Shown here piece after piece: positions 27,768-37,986 of a stretch of DNA of 64,000 nucleotides. The DNA is from Acidobacteriota bacterium (GTDB taxonomy: Bacteria; Acidobacteriota; UBA6911; RPQK01; JAJDTT01). The translations under genes were made by a program, and so were the position numbers. The notes below the pieces were generated by a model. That model was not told the origin of the DNA. It saw only the letters and a program-made list of their open reading frames with translations, and made no database searches. Position 1 is the stretch's first letter. The number at the start of each line of letters is the position of its first letter. Where the stretch lies: assembly GCA_965209055.1 (NCBI GenBank), contig OZ242374.1, positions 1,856,001-1,920,000 of the forward strand. The letters run 5' to 3'.

Positions 27768-30700
27768 ATGGGCTACAGGAGCAAGACTCTGTGGCTGGCG
27801 ACCGCGTGCCTGGTGCTCGTGGTGCATGCGCTTGCGGCGCCGCTGGCCTACGGACAGGCCGCCACCTTCTCCCGGTTGCTGGGGACCGTCAGGGACCAGA
27901 CCGGAGCGGTGGTGCCTGGGGTGGAGGTCACGGCCACGGCCACGGCCACCAACATTCCGAATATGGCGGTGACCAACGACCGCGGTGACTACGTCATCGA
28001 CAAGTTGATCCCCGGTTTCTATGACATCTCGGCGGAGCTGCCCGGCTTCAAGGTGGCGCGCTCGCTGGGTGTCCGTCTCGAGGTCCAGAGCGTATCCCGC
28101 GTCGACCTCACCATGGAACCGGGAGACATCTCCGAGCAGGTGACGGTCACGGGACAGTCCACCATCATCGACACCGACAATGCCGAGGTGGCGGCGGTCA
28201 TCGAAGAGAAGAAGATCCTGGATCTTCCTCTGGCGGGCCGCGACATGGTGAAGCTGGCCTACCTGACCACGGGCGGCACGCAGGAGCGGCAGGAGATCGG
28301 CTACACCGCCCTCTACGCCTACGGCGGCGGGTATCCCACCTTCAACGGCCTGTATTCGCACTCCAACCAGATCCAGTTGGACGGCTCCAACAACATGGGC
28401 TACATCACGCAGCGGCCCACGGTGCAGCCGACCCCTGAGACGGTGCAGGAGTTCAAGGTGATCACGAACAACTACTCGGCCGAGTACGGCCGCGTGGGCG
28501 GGGCGGTCATCACCATGCTCTCCAAGAGCGGGAGCAACGAGTTCCACGGCCATGCCTGGTACTACTTCCGGGACGAGACTCTGGATGCGAACAACTTCTT
28601 CGCGAACCGGTCCCTGCGGGAGAAGCTGCCGGTGGACTACCACATCGGCGGCGGCTCCATCGGCGGTCCCATCCTCAAGGACAAGACCTTTTTCCACGGC
28701 CACTACGAGAAGTTCGTCGACGACCTGAACGTGGCCGGCTTCGCCACGGTGCCTTCCACGGCCATCGTCCAGGGCGACTTCTCCGGCAGTGGTGCCAAGG
28801 GGCCCATCAATCAGCTCTACAATCCGTTCGACTTCACCGGAAGCCGGGCCGAAGGAACGGGCAAGCGGGCGCCTTTCGCCAACAACCAGATCCCGGCCAG
28901 CATGCAGGGGGCGGTCTACAGGAAGGTGATGGAGATGATGCCCCCTCCGGCGCCCAACCAGTCGGGCGTGACCGCCAACAACTACGCCTATCCCCGGGCC
29001 ACCAACACCCGGATCGACAAGTACTCGTTCCGCGTCGATCACCAGTTCGCCAACGACGACAACCTCTTCGGACGTTACAGTTGGCAGCGATCGCCCACGT
29101 TCGCGCATTCCGGGGATCTGGGAATCCCCGGCGCCACCCAGGACGGAATCTACCGGTATTTCTATGACCGGTCCCGCGGCTACCAGATCGGCATCAGTTG
29201 GGTGAACCCCATCGGATCCAACCTGGTCACCGAGTACACCCAGTCCATCTGGAAGTTCACCTGGCTCATCGGACGGCCCATCGAGGACACCAACTGGCCT
29301 CGGGTGCTGGGTTACGACGACGGACACAACTGGGAGGTGTATCTGCCCAACGGCAACCGCGGCGGCGCCAACATGCCCCGCCTGCAGCCCGACGGCTACA
29401 CCCGTTATCGCGGCGGCAGGGAATCGCCGCTGGCGGACTGGGGCCTGGGCTTCAAGTACACGGCCTCCTGGAGAAAGGGAAACCACTACCTGAAGTTCGG
29501 TTTCGAGCACGTCCGGAACCTGGATGTCCACTACTACTACATTCCGGAGTACGGAAACGGGTCCGACACCTTCAACGGCTATGCCACGGGCCAGCTCCAG
29601 TACGGTCCCGACGGAAGCTTTTCCGGGGTCACCTATGGCGAGGGCTGGGCCGACTTCCTGCTGGGGACGCCCTCCGCGGTCAGCGGCAACGTCCTCGGCA
29701 TCGGCGAGAACACGGGCCACTTCAACCAGAGCCACTACAACTGGTTCATCAACGACGACTGGAAGGTGAGTCCCGACTTGACCCTGAACATCGGCCTTCG
29801 CTGGGAGCAGCCGCGGCCGCCGTACTACGAGGGCCATCCCAGCGGGTCGTACACCACCGACTACTACTACTGTGCGTACGACTACAGCCGGGTCACCAAC
29901 CGCATCGATCCGGTGGAAATGATGCCCAAGGGCTTCGACATCGCCCAGTGGCAGGGGCCCGACGGTATTGCGGTTCCCTTCGAAAACCTGCCTCACCGCG
30001 GTTGCTACAAGGCCAAGTGGCGCTACTTCGCGCCCCGGTTCGGACTGGCCTGGCGCATCTTCGGGACCAACCGGACCGTGCTTCGCGCCGGCGCCGGCCT
30101 GACCTACGACCAGGAGTTCGGCATCCTCAGAGCCCGGACCATGAGACCGAATGCCGGTGTCATCAGTTTGAGCGCAACCCGGGGGTACGAGTTCCCGGAA
30201 CTCATCACCGGGAAACGGATCGACCTTCCCCGTCAGAGGGGTAACGTCAATGCGGATGGAGTGCTGGTCGACAGCAACTACTACGTCTGCTACTTCTCCG
30301 AGTTGGACTGGCAGGAGGGGCAGGTCTACTCCTACAACCTGGCGATCCAGCACGAGCTGTTCCAGGGGACCAAGTGGGAGGTGGCTTACGTGGGCAACCA
30401 GGGGCGCCACATCCGCGAGATCAGCCCCTTCAACGTGGCCATGCCGGAAGGGTACGTGGTTCCTCTCGTGGCGGGAGGCACTGCCACGCTGACCAGCGAC
30501 ACCATCACGGCCGGTCCCCGGGAGTGGATTCCGGCCGAGAATCGCACGGAAACCAGCCGCGCCTGGACGGGACAGTTGGCCCGGCGGCCCTATCCCCAGG
30601 TCATTCCCAACACCATGCTGCGGCCGCACGGGAGCATGAACTACAACTCCCTGCAGACCAAGTTGGAGCGCCGGTTCAGCGACGGTGTGGCCATTTCCAT

Positions 30701-31415
30701 GGGCTACACCTGGTCCAAGGCCATGGCCATGAACTACAACGGCAACTGGGGCGACTGGTCCGGATCGCGCGACTATGAGCGCCACGCCCTGCGTGCGCCC
30801 ATGCAGCACGACCGCTCCAGCACCTACTACATGTCCGCCATCTGGGTGCTGCCCTTCTTCCAGAACGCGGGGGGACTGACCAAGTCCCTGCTGGGCGGCT
30901 GGGAGCTCACCGGCATCACCACCCTCACCACGGGAGCCCCGTTCCGGGTCTTCTACGGCACCGACCTGTGGAACCAGGGCCGCCGGTCGCGCCGTTACAC
31001 CGACCGCATCAAGGACGGGAATCTCGGCGGCGGAGCCACGGTGGAGCGGTGGTACGACACCAGCGCCTTCACGGCCCCCGGCATCGAGAACCCCGACGTG
31101 CCGGGTCAGCGGATCATGGACACCTCCCTTTGCGGCGGAGCCAGCTTCTGTCACGAATCGGCGAGGCGGGCCCTGGGCAACGGCGCCCCTTATCCGCTGC
31201 GGTACGATGGAGTTCCCGTCGTGGATCTCTCGCTGCACAAGAATTTCGCTTTCGGAGAGGAAAAGACCTTCGACGTCCGGGCGGACTTCTTCAACGCCTT
31301 CAACCACGCCATCTTCAATGCTCCCAACGGGAACCATTCCTCTTCGGCCGTGGGCCGGGTGACCTCGGCGGCGACGGCGCGGCAGATTCAGATCGGGTTC
31401 CGCTTCTCGTTCTAG
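27768..31415 (+). CDS. TonB-dependent receptor with N-terminal carboxypeptidase-regulatory-like domain (paralog 1)
   Basis: RBS AGGAGG, signal peptide, GTVRDQTGAVVPGV, VQEFKVITNNYSAEYGR, KSGSNEFHG, C-terminal RQIQIGFRFSF. Confidence 0.93.
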   Translation: MGYRSKTLWLATACLVLVVHALAAPLAYGQAATFSRLLGTVRDQTGAVVPGVEVTATATATNIPNMAVTNDRGDYVIDKLIPGFYDISAELPGFKVARSLGVRLEVQSVSRVDLTMEPGDISEQVTVTGQSTIIDTDNAEVAAVIEEKKILDLPLAGRDMVKLAYLTTGGTQERQEIGYTALYAYGGGYPTFNGLYSHSNQIQLDGSNNMGYITQRPTVQPTPETVQEFKVITNNYSAEYGRVGGAVITMLSKSGSNEFHGHAWYYFRDETLDANNFFANRSLREKLPVDYHIGGGSIGGPILKDKTFFHGHYEKFVDDLNVAGFATVPSTAIVQGDFSGSGAKGPINQLYNPFDFTGSRAEGTGKRAPFANNQIPASMQGAVYRKVMEMMPPPAPNQSGVTANNYAYPRATNTRIDKYSFRVDHQFANDDNLFGRYSWQRSPTFAHSGDLGIPGATQDGIYRYFYDRSRGYQIGISWVNPIGSNLVTEYTQSIWKFTWLIGRPIEDTNWPRVLGYDDGHNWEVYLPNGNRGGANMPRLQPDGYTRYRGGRESPLADWGLGFKYTASWRKGNHYLKFGFEHVRNLDVHYYYIPEYGNGSDTFNGYATGQLQYGPDGSFSGVTYGEGWADFLLGTPSAVSGNVLGIGENTGHFNQSHYNWFINDDWKVSPDLTLNIGLRWEQPRPPYYEGHPSGSYTTDYYYCAYDYSRVTNRIDPVEMMPKGFDIAQWQGPDGIAVPFENLPHRGCYKAKWRYFAPRFGLAWRIFGTNRTVLRAGAGLTYDQEFGILRARTMRPNAGVISLSATRGYEFPELITGKRIDLPRQRGNVNADGVLVDSNYYVCYFSELDWQEGQVYSYNLAIQHELFQGTKWEVAYVGNQGRHIREISPFNVAMPEGYVVPLVAGGTATLTSDTITAGPREWIPAENRTETSRAWTGQLARRPYPQVIPNTMLRPHGSMNYNSLQTKLERRFSDGVAISMGYTWSKAMAMNYNGNWGDWSGSRDYERHALRAPMQHDRSSTYYMSAIWVLPFFQNAGGLTKSLLGGWELTGITTLTTGAPFRVFYGTDLWNQGRRSRRYTDRIKDGNLGGGATVERWYDTSAFTAPGIENPDVPGQRIMDTSLCGGASFCHESARRALGNGAPYPLRYDGVPVVDLSLHKNFAFGEEKTFDVRADFFNAFNHAIFNAPNGNHSSSAVGRVTSAATARQIQIGFRFSF

Positions 31416-31424
31416 CGGTCCATA

Positions 31425-31452
31425 GGAGGGGGGACTTTCCTGTCCCCCCTCC
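31425..31452 (+). repeat. GGAG-hairpin REP-like element
   Basis: GGAG GGGGGAC TTTCCT GTCCCCC, 9 nt after the receptor stop codon. Confidence 0.72.
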
Positions 31453-31728
31453 CCCCTTCCTCATTCCCTGGCGACCCCGTGGAGGTTCGGTGGCTGCCGG
31501 GTCGACGCCCGCGCTCTTCGGCGCGCCGATCCGGCCAACCTCGGACGCCATCCGATTCGAAAGTCCCCGGAATTTACCCCCTCCCGCGCCAAAAAAATCA
31601 CGATTCAGTTTTTTGGCCCGAATTCGTGGCCACAGTTCAAATCGATGGAGTATCGGCCAGGCGTGAAAGCTTGTCGGAAATGCCTAAGTACAGTATTAGA
31701 AAGACTTTATTTGGTCCCGGTCAAATCT

Positions 31729-31744
31729 TGGCACCCAAGTTGCT
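31729..31744 (+). promoter_or_regulatory. putative sigma54 -24/-12 promoter
   Basis: TGGCAC-CCAAG-TTGCT matches TGGCAC-N5-TTGCW, downstream of an AT-rich tract and upstream of receptor 2. Confidence 0.6.
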
Positions 31745-31823
31745 TAATTGGATGGCGAGTCCGCAAAGCGGATTCAGCCTGCCGCCAGGAAGCGCGGGCT
31801 GCTGGAGCAGGCGAATTTTTTTG

Positions 31824-31852
31824 TTGACGCGCCGAAACGAATCGGCTAAAAG
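31824..31852 (+). promoter_or_regulatory. putative sigma70 promoter of TonB receptor 2
   Basis: TTGACG-N17-TAAAAG, about 100 nt before the start codon, same layout as at 27639. Confidence 0.42.
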
Positions 31853-31948
31853 AGCCCGGACGTGTAGGCGTAAACCCATTTTTGGTGCGGACGACCGCAA
31901 AGGTTTGGTACCGCGTAACATGAGTAGCTTCGAGGAGGAAAGAGGGTA

Positions 31949-34900
31949 ATGAGCTACAAGAACAAGTCTCTATGGCTGGCGACGGCGGCTTTGGTGCTCG
32001 TCGTGCATGCGCTGGCAGCGCCGCTGGCCTATGGACAGGCCGCCACCTTCTCCCGGTTGCTGGGAACCGTCAGGGACCAGACCGGAGCGGTGGTGCCGGG
32101 AGTGGAAGTCACGGCTACGGCCACGGCGACCAACATCCCGCACATGGCGGTGACCAACGACCGCGGTGACTACGTCATCGACAAGTTGATCCCCGGTTTC
32201 TATGACATCTCGGCAGAGCTGCCCGGCTTCAAGGTGGCGCGCTCGCTGGGTGTCCGTCTGGAGGTCCAGACCGTATCCCGCGTCGACCTCACCATGGAGC
32301 CCGGTGACATCTCCGAGCAGGTGACGGTCACGGGACAGTCCACCATCATCGACACCGACAATGCCGAGGTGGCAGCGGTCATCGAAGAGAAGAAGATCCT
32401 GGATCTTCCTCTGGCGGGCCGCGACATGGTGAAACTGGCCTACCTGACCACGGGCGGCACGCAGGAACGGCAGGAGATCGGCTACTCTACGCTGTACGCA
32501 TACGGCGGCGGGTATCCCACCTTCAACGGCCTGTATTCGCACTCCAACCAGATCCAGTTGGACGGCTCCAACAACATGGGCTACATCACGCAGCGGCCCA
32601 CGGTGCAGCCGACCCCTGAGACGGTGCAGGAGTTCAAGGTGATCACCAACAACTACTCGGCCGAGTACGGCCGCGTGGGCGGGGCGGTCATCACGATGTT
32701 GTCCAAGAGCGGGAGCAACGAGTTCCACGGCCATGCCTGGTACTACTTCCGGGACGAGGCTCTGGATGCGAACAACTTTTTCGCCAACCGAGCTCTGCGG
32801 GAGAAGCTGCCGGTCGACTACCACATCGGCGGCGGTTCCATTGGCGGTCCCATCCTCAAGGATAAGACCTTCTTCCACGGCCACTATGAGAAGTTCATCG
32901 ACAACCTGAATGTGGCGGGATTCGCTACCGCGCCTTCCACGGCCATCACCCAGGGCGACTTTTCGGGATCGGGCGCCAAGGGCCCCATCAACCAGCTCTA
33001 CAATCCGTTCGACTTCACCGGAAGCCGCGACGATGCAACTGGAATGCGGGCAGCTTTCGCCAACAACCAGATCCCGGCCAGCATGCAGGGGGCGGTCTAC
33101 AAGAAGATGATGGAGCTGATGCCTCCTCCGGCCCCCAACCAGCCGGACCTCACCAGCAACTACGCCTATCCTCGTGCGACCAATACCAAGATCGACAAGT
33201 ACTCGTTCCGCGTCGACCACCAGTTCGGCAACGACGACAACATCTTCGGTCGTTACAGCTGGCAGCGGTCGCCTGCCTTTACCCATACCGGCAGTTGGGG
33301 AGTCCCCGGCGCCGAACAGGACGGCATCTACCGCCAGTTCCAGGACCGGTCCCGCGGCTACCAGATCGGCATCAGTTGGGTGAACCCCATCGGATCCAAC
33401 CTGGTCACCGAGTACACCCAGTCCATCTGGAAGTTCACGTGGCTCATCTCACGGCCCATCGAGGACACCAACTGGCCTCGGGTTCTGGGATTCGACGACG
33501 GCCAGAACTGGGAAGTGTATCTGCCCAACGGCAACCGCGGCGGCGCCAACATGCCCCGCATGAGGCCTGACGGTTACACGGGCTGGGGCGGCGCCACCGA
33601 ATCGCCTCTGGCCGACTGGGGTTTGGGCTTCAAGTACACGGCCTCCTGGAGAAAGGGAGACCATTACCTGAAGTTCGGCGTCGAGCACGTCCGGAATCTG
33701 GATGTGCACTACTACTGGATTCCCCCCTATGCGGCCGGTGGAGACACCTTCAACGGGTTCGGTACGGGCCAGCTCCAGTACAACGAGGACGGAAGCTTCG
33801 CCGGCGTCACCTATGGCGAGGGCTGGGCGGACTTCATGCTGGGAACGCCCTCTTCGGTCTTCGGCAACGTGCTGGGAATCGGCGAGAACACCGGCCACTT
33901 CAACCAGAGCCACTACAACTGGTTCATCAACGACGACTGGAAGGTGGGTCCGAACCTGACCATAAACATGGGTCTTCGCTGGGAGCAGCCGCGGCCGCCC
34001 TATTACGAGGGCCACCCCAATGGGTCGTACACCAAGGACTACTACTACTGCGCGTATGACTACACCAAGGCCAAGAACCGGATCGATCCGGTGGAGATGA
34101 TGCCTGCGGGTTTCGACATCGCCCAGTGGCAGGGTGACGTCGGCATCGCCATCCCATTCGAAAACCTGCCTCACAGGGGTTGTTACAAGGCCAAGTGGCG
34201 CTATTTCGCGCCCCGGTTCGGACTGGCATGGCGGATGTTCGGGACCAACCGGACGGTGCTCCGCGCCGGCGCCGGCCTGACCTATGACCAGGAGTTCGGT
34301 ATTCTCCGCGCCCGGGTCATGCGGCCCAACGTCGGTGTCATCAACCTGCCGGCCGTGCGAGGAGAGGCTGTTCCTTCCCTCATCAGCGGCACCCGGCTCA
34401 ACCTGCCCCGCGATACCGGCGCCATCAACGCGGACGGTATTCGGGTCAACAGCAACTACCGCACCTGCTACTTCTCAGAGTTGGATTGGCAGGAAGGCCA
34501 AGTCTATTCCTACAACCTCATGATTCAGCACGAGCTGTTCCAGGGGACCAAGTGGGAGATCGGCTACGTCGGCAACCAGGGGCGCCACATTCGTGAGATC
34601 AGCCCCTTCAACGTCGCCATGCCGGAAGGCTATGTTGTGCCACTGATCGGTGGCGGCTCCGCCACACTGACCAGCGACCCCATCACGGCTGGACCTCGCG
34701 AGTGGATTCCTGCCGAAACACGTGGCGAGGTTGGTCGTGAGTGGAATGGGCAGTTGGCCCGGCGGCCTTATCCCCAGGTCATTCCCAACACCATGCTGCG
34801 GCCGCACGGGAGCATGAACTACAACTCCCTGCAGACCAAGTTGGAGCGGCGCTTCAGCGACGGTTTGGCCCTTTCCATGGGCTACACCTGGTCCAAGGCC

Positions 34901-35593
34901 ATGGCCATGAACTACAACGGCAACTGGGGAGACTGGTCCGGATCGCGCGACTATGAGCGCCACGCCCTGCGTGCGCCCATGCAGCACGACCGCTCCAGCA
35001 CCTACTACATGTCTGCCATCTGGGAGTTGCCCTTCTTCAAGAACGCTGGTGGGCTCACCAAGTCCCTGCTGGGCGGTTGGGAACTCACCGGTATCACCAC
35101 ACTCACCACGGGAGCCCCATTCCGGGTCTTCTACGGCACCGATCTGTGGAACCAGGGCGGTCGTTCGCGCCGGTACACCGACCGGATCAAGGACGGGAAT
35201 CTCGGCGGCGGAGCCACGGTGGAGCGGTGGTATGACACCAGCGCCTTCACGGCCCCTGGTGTCGAGAACCCGGACGTGCCGGGTCAGCGGATCATGGACC
35301 GGTCGCTTTGCGGCGGCGCCCCCACCTGCCATGAGGCAGCCAGGCGCTCGCTGGGTAACGGTGCCCCCTATCCGCTACGGTATGACGGAGTACCCGTCGT
35401 GGATCTCTCGCTGCACAAGAATTTCGCCCTCGGCGAAGACAAGACCTTCGACGTCCGGGCGGACTTCTTCAACGCCTTCAACCACGCCATCTTCAACGCG
35501 CCCAACGGCAACCATGCCAGTGGCGGCGTTGGCCGGGTGACCTCGGCGGCGACAGCGCGTCAGATTCAGATTGGGTTCCGCTTCTCGTTCTAG
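31949..35593 (+). CDS. TonB-dependent receptor (paralog 2)
   Basis: Colinear and largely identical to 27768..31415; RBS GAGGAGG; same C-terminal motif. Confidence 0.93.
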   Translation: MSYKNKSLWLATAALVLVVHALAAPLAYGQAATFSRLLGTVRDQTGAVVPGVEVTATATATNIPHMAVTNDRGDYVIDKLIPGFYDISAELPGFKVARSLGVRLEVQTVSRVDLTMEPGDISEQVTVTGQSTIIDTDNAEVAAVIEEKKILDLPLAGRDMVKLAYLTTGGTQERQEIGYSTLYAYGGGYPTFNGLYSHSNQIQLDGSNNMGYITQRPTVQPTPETVQEFKVITNNYSAEYGRVGGAVITMLSKSGSNEFHGHAWYYFRDEALDANNFFANRALREKLPVDYHIGGGSIGGPILKDKTFFHGHYEKFIDNLNVAGFATAPSTAITQGDFSGSGAKGPINQLYNPFDFTGSRDDATGMRAAFANNQIPASMQGAVYKKMMELMPPPAPNQPDLTSNYAYPRATNTKIDKYSFRVDHQFGNDDNIFGRYSWQRSPAFTHTGSWGVPGAEQDGIYRQFQDRSRGYQIGISWVNPIGSNLVTEYTQSIWKFTWLISRPIEDTNWPRVLGFDDGQNWEVYLPNGNRGGANMPRMRPDGYTGWGGATESPLADWGLGFKYTASWRKGDHYLKFGVEHVRNLDVHYYWIPPYAAGGDTFNGFGTGQLQYNEDGSFAGVTYGEGWADFMLGTPSSVFGNVLGIGENTGHFNQSHYNWFINDDWKVGPNLTINMGLRWEQPRPPYYEGHPNGSYTKDYYYCAYDYTKAKNRIDPVEMMPAGFDIAQWQGDVGIAIPFENLPHRGCYKAKWRYFAPRFGLAWRMFGTNRTVLRAGAGLTYDQEFGILRARVMRPNVGVINLPAVRGEAVPSLISGTRLNLPRDTGAINADGIRVNSNYRTCYFSELDWQEGQVYSYNLMIQHELFQGTKWEIGYVGNQGRHIREISPFNVAMPEGYVVPLIGGGSATLTSDPITAGPREWIPAETRGEVGREWNGQLARRPYPQVIPNTMLRPHGSMNYNSLQTKLERRFSDGLALSMGYTWSKAMAMNYNGNWGDWSGSRDYERHALRAPMQHDRSSTYYMSAIWELPFFKNAGGLTKSLLGGWELTGITTLTTGAPFRVFYGTDLWNQGGRSRRYTDRIKDGNLGGGATVERWYDTSAFTAPGVENPDVPGQRIMDRSLCGGAPTCHEAARRSLGNGAPYPLRYDGVPVVDLSLHKNFALGEDKTFDVRADFFNAFNHAIFNAPNGNHASGGVGRVTSAATARQIQIGFRFSF

Positions 35594-35618
35594 CGATCCA
35601 AGCAAGATCTAGCGATCG

Positions 35619-35653
35619 AAAAAGGGCCAGCCTCCGGGCTGGCCCTTTTTTTT
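35619..35653 (+). terminator. rho-independent terminator (potentially bidirectional)
   Basis: AAAAAGGGCCAGCC-TCCG-GGCTGGCCC-TTTTTTTT just after the receptor 2 stop. Confidence 0.9.
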
Positions 35654-35831
35654 GCCGCAAGCAGCGTAGATTCCGTCGCTGAAGCGTTACAGCTATAGAG
35701 GGACCGGAAAAAGCTCAGGAGACGGTGTCCAGCCTCGGCACAGGACATAATGGATTCTGTAGGAGCTGGCCTGGAGAATCCTGGTGCGCGACGATTCCGG
35801 TCAAATGTGGACGTGATAACATGAGGAGTTG

Positions 35832-36143
35832 ATGTTGACCGAACTTACCCAGTGGTTCACTCCTGCCCTTGCCCAGTGGTTCACCCCTGCCATCGTGATA
35901 TTGGGGTTCCTTTTCACGTCCCGAACGATTCGCAACCAGCGCGTGGATATGGAGTCCCGGTTGGACCGGATGGAGTTTCGCTTGACTGGGAGAATTGACG
36001 GTGTCGAGACTCGCTTGGCTGCGAGGATCGACGGCTTGGAGTCTCGGTACAGCGACCTGCGGGACCGCATGGGGCGGATCGACGGAACTCTCGACTTGCT
36101 GCGGAAATCTATCGTCGGGAACGGACGCGGCACCGCAGCGTGA
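35832..36143 (+). CDS. small N-terminally anchored coiled-coil protein, copy 1 (103 aa, two 11-aa repeats)
   Basis: RBS GAGGAG; TM segment AIVILGFLF; ORF is conserved in both repeat copies. Confidence 0.72.
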   Translation: MLTELTQWFTPALAQWFTPAIVILGFLFTSRTIRNQRVDMESRLDRMEFRLTGRIDGVETRLAARIDGLESRYSDLRDRMGRIDGTLDLLRKSIVGNGRGTAA

Positions 36144-36208
36144 CACTTCTTCCTTTTCCCCGACAATCGGCCCCTCTGACCGGTGTCGGATCCGACGCTG
36201 TCATTGAG

Positions 36209-36400
36209 TCATGCCGATCCGTAAGCTCGATCCAGCAACTCGACCGTATGGAGCCCCGGTAGCCTACCGTTCCGCCGCTGCAGGTGGCTCTCAATCTGCT
36301 ACAGGTAACAGGCGTTCCCGGCGGCCACCGCATCCGGCTGCAATCGCTCGACGAAGGCCGCCCTATTGGCCCCCAGGCGAATTGCGCTCTCCGGCCGTTC
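36209..36400 (-). pseudogene. glcF: decayed duplicate of the glcF 3' end
   Basis: ERPESAIRLGANRAAFVERLQPDAVAAGNACYL*QIESHLQ...HTVELLDRAYGSA* aligns with the C-terminus of GlcF at 38430; internal TAG at 36299-36301 and no 5' part. Confidence 0.85.
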
Positions 36401-36487
36401 CGGAGTGTCAGTTTCTACGGGAAGAAAGTGGATGCCCCCGCCTCGGCGCTCTGAAGTCTCTGGAGCCGAGCTCACTCGGATGTCCAC

Positions 36488-37711
36488 TCAGGCGCCGGAT
36501 GCAACGGGCGACTGAACCAAGCCGTCACCACGGTCCAGCACGTCAACGCCGGCTCGGAATACATCGGTCCGGCAGCTTGAGCGCATTCGGGTCACCACCG
36601 CGGTCGCGGTCACCGGAATGCTGGCGTCCTCCTTCAGTCTCTGCCACCACAGGGCCGCGACACCTGCGGCATGGGGACAAGCCATTGAAGTGCCCTGGAG
36701 CGCCACCAATCCGCCTCCGGCTTTCGCTGACACCACATCGACGCCGGGGGCGCTCAACATCGGGTTGGTGTTGGAAAAGTCGGCGACGTTCAACCCGCCG
36801 CCGGTTTGCCCGAGTGCCCCCACCGACACAATGCCCTTGGCTGCCGCCGGCACAGATGCGCTGACCTCGTACTTCGGATTCTTCTGGCGCTTGCTCTCGT
36901 TGCCCGAGGCCGCAACGATGACGATGCCGCCATTGAATGCCGCCCTGGCTGCAATCAAATCCATCAGGTTGTCAAAGACCCGCAGATTGGCCCGGAATCC
37001 CTCCAGTGCGATGGAGGTCGCCAGGTCCACCGGATATCCCCGAGCGGCCAGCTTTTTGCTCAGGCCGGGAAAATCGAGGCCGAGTGACATGGAGAGCACT
37101 TTTGCATTCAGGGACGAAGCCCACAGGATCGCGTTGAACAGCATGTCCGATTCACCGCCGCCTTTATCGTCCAACACCTTGCCGATCAGAGCCCGGCTCA
37201 CGCCCGGCGCCACGCCGATACGCGTTCCGTCCACGTCGCGTCCGAACACCGTTCCCGCACAATGGGTGCCGTGGCCCTGGACGTCTCCATTGCCCTTTCC
37301 TGTAAAGTCCCGTTGGACCAGATCGACCCCCGCAAAGGCCTGGTGGCCGGCGTCAATGCCGGTGTCCAGAACACAGACCAGAACGTCGCGGCCGTCGGCG
37401 GAGCTGTTGTCAGCTCCTACGGCTTGAATCCCCCAAGTCGGTCCGGCCGTTACGGCGGCAGCCGATGCCATCGGTTCAATCAAGCGTGTCGGCATGGTCC
37501 GCGCCAAATCCAGAATGCCCGGGTCACGAGCCGCTTCCCGCAGGTCTTGCGGCTCCAGGTCCTCCACGCTCACTTCCGGTTCGGGCGGCATGTCCCCGGA
37601 CATCGTTGACATCCCGCCGGGGGACGGCACCCCGCTTACGCGCTGCCGACTCTCGAACCAACTCCGCCGCCGTCCCGCATTGGCATCTTTCAAAATGACG
37701 TAGCTTGTCAT
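36488..37711 (-). CDS. S8 (subtilisin-family) serine peptidase without obvious signal peptide
   Basis: VLDTGID, GHGTHCAG, AASGN and QGTSMACPH catalytic motifs; ATG 37711 after AGAGGAG. Confidence 0.9.
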   Translation of the reverse strand: MTSYVILKDANAGRRRSWFESRQRVSGVPSPGGMSTMSGDMPPEPEVSVEDLEPQDLREAARDPGILDLARTMPTRLIEPMASAAAVTAGPTWGIQAVGADNSSADGRDVLVCVLDTGIDAGHQAFAGVDLVQRDFTGKGNGDVQGHGTHCAGTVFGRDVDGTRIGVAPGVSRALIGKVLDDKGGGESDMLFNAILWASSLNAKVLSMSLGLDFPGLSKKLAARGYPVDLATSIALEGFRANLRVFDNLMDLIAARAAFNGGIVIVAASGNESKRQKNPKYEVSASVPAAAKGIVSVGALGQTGGGLNVADFSNTNPMLSAPGVDVVSAKAGGGLVALQGTSMACPHAAGVAALWWQRLKEDASIPVTATAVVTRMRSSCRTDVFRAGVDVLDRGDGLVQSPVASGA

Positions 37712-37986
37712 GTCTGAACTCCTCTGTGTGTTGGGTTTGTGCCTTTGGAGGGCACCGAGGGCAATAAAGCGACTGTCCCCGACTCGAGCCTTTCGGGTAG
37801 CCCTTTTTGGCCGGAATCGTCGCAGATTCTGCGATTGAAGCGTTACGGTTATGGAGGGACCGAAAAAACTCAGGAGAGGGCGACCAGCCTCGGAACAGAA
37901 CATAACCGGTTCCGTAGGGGCTGGCCCGGAGAATCGTGGTGGCCGACGATTCCGGTCAAATGGGGACGTGATAACATGAGGAACCG

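Larger units (their letters stand above)
35642..36402. repeat. diverged direct repeat, copy 1
   Basis: Colinear with 37800..38623 (e.g. GACGATTCCGGTCAAATG, GGACGTGATAACATGAGGA, GGTGTCGGATCCGACGC, CGTAAGCTCGATCCAGCA); boundaries approximate. Confidence 0.88.

Noticed and set aside
27504-31337. 1277-aa minus-strand ORF and similar long antisense ORFs (25042..27603, 39615..42182, 51287..53815, 22481..25063, 8868..11117)
   Set aside because: Shadow frames opposite well-supported genes in high-GC DNA; no recognisable motifs.
31860-31920. c-di-GMP-I riboswitch-like words (AAACC...CGCAAAG) before receptor 2
   Set aside because: GAAA tetraloop/receptor architecture and the second stem could not be built.
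35589-35617. 10-bp direct repeat TCTAGCGATC after the receptor 2 stop, as a target-site duplication
   Set aside because: Only 9 nt lie between the copies; no element is enclosed.
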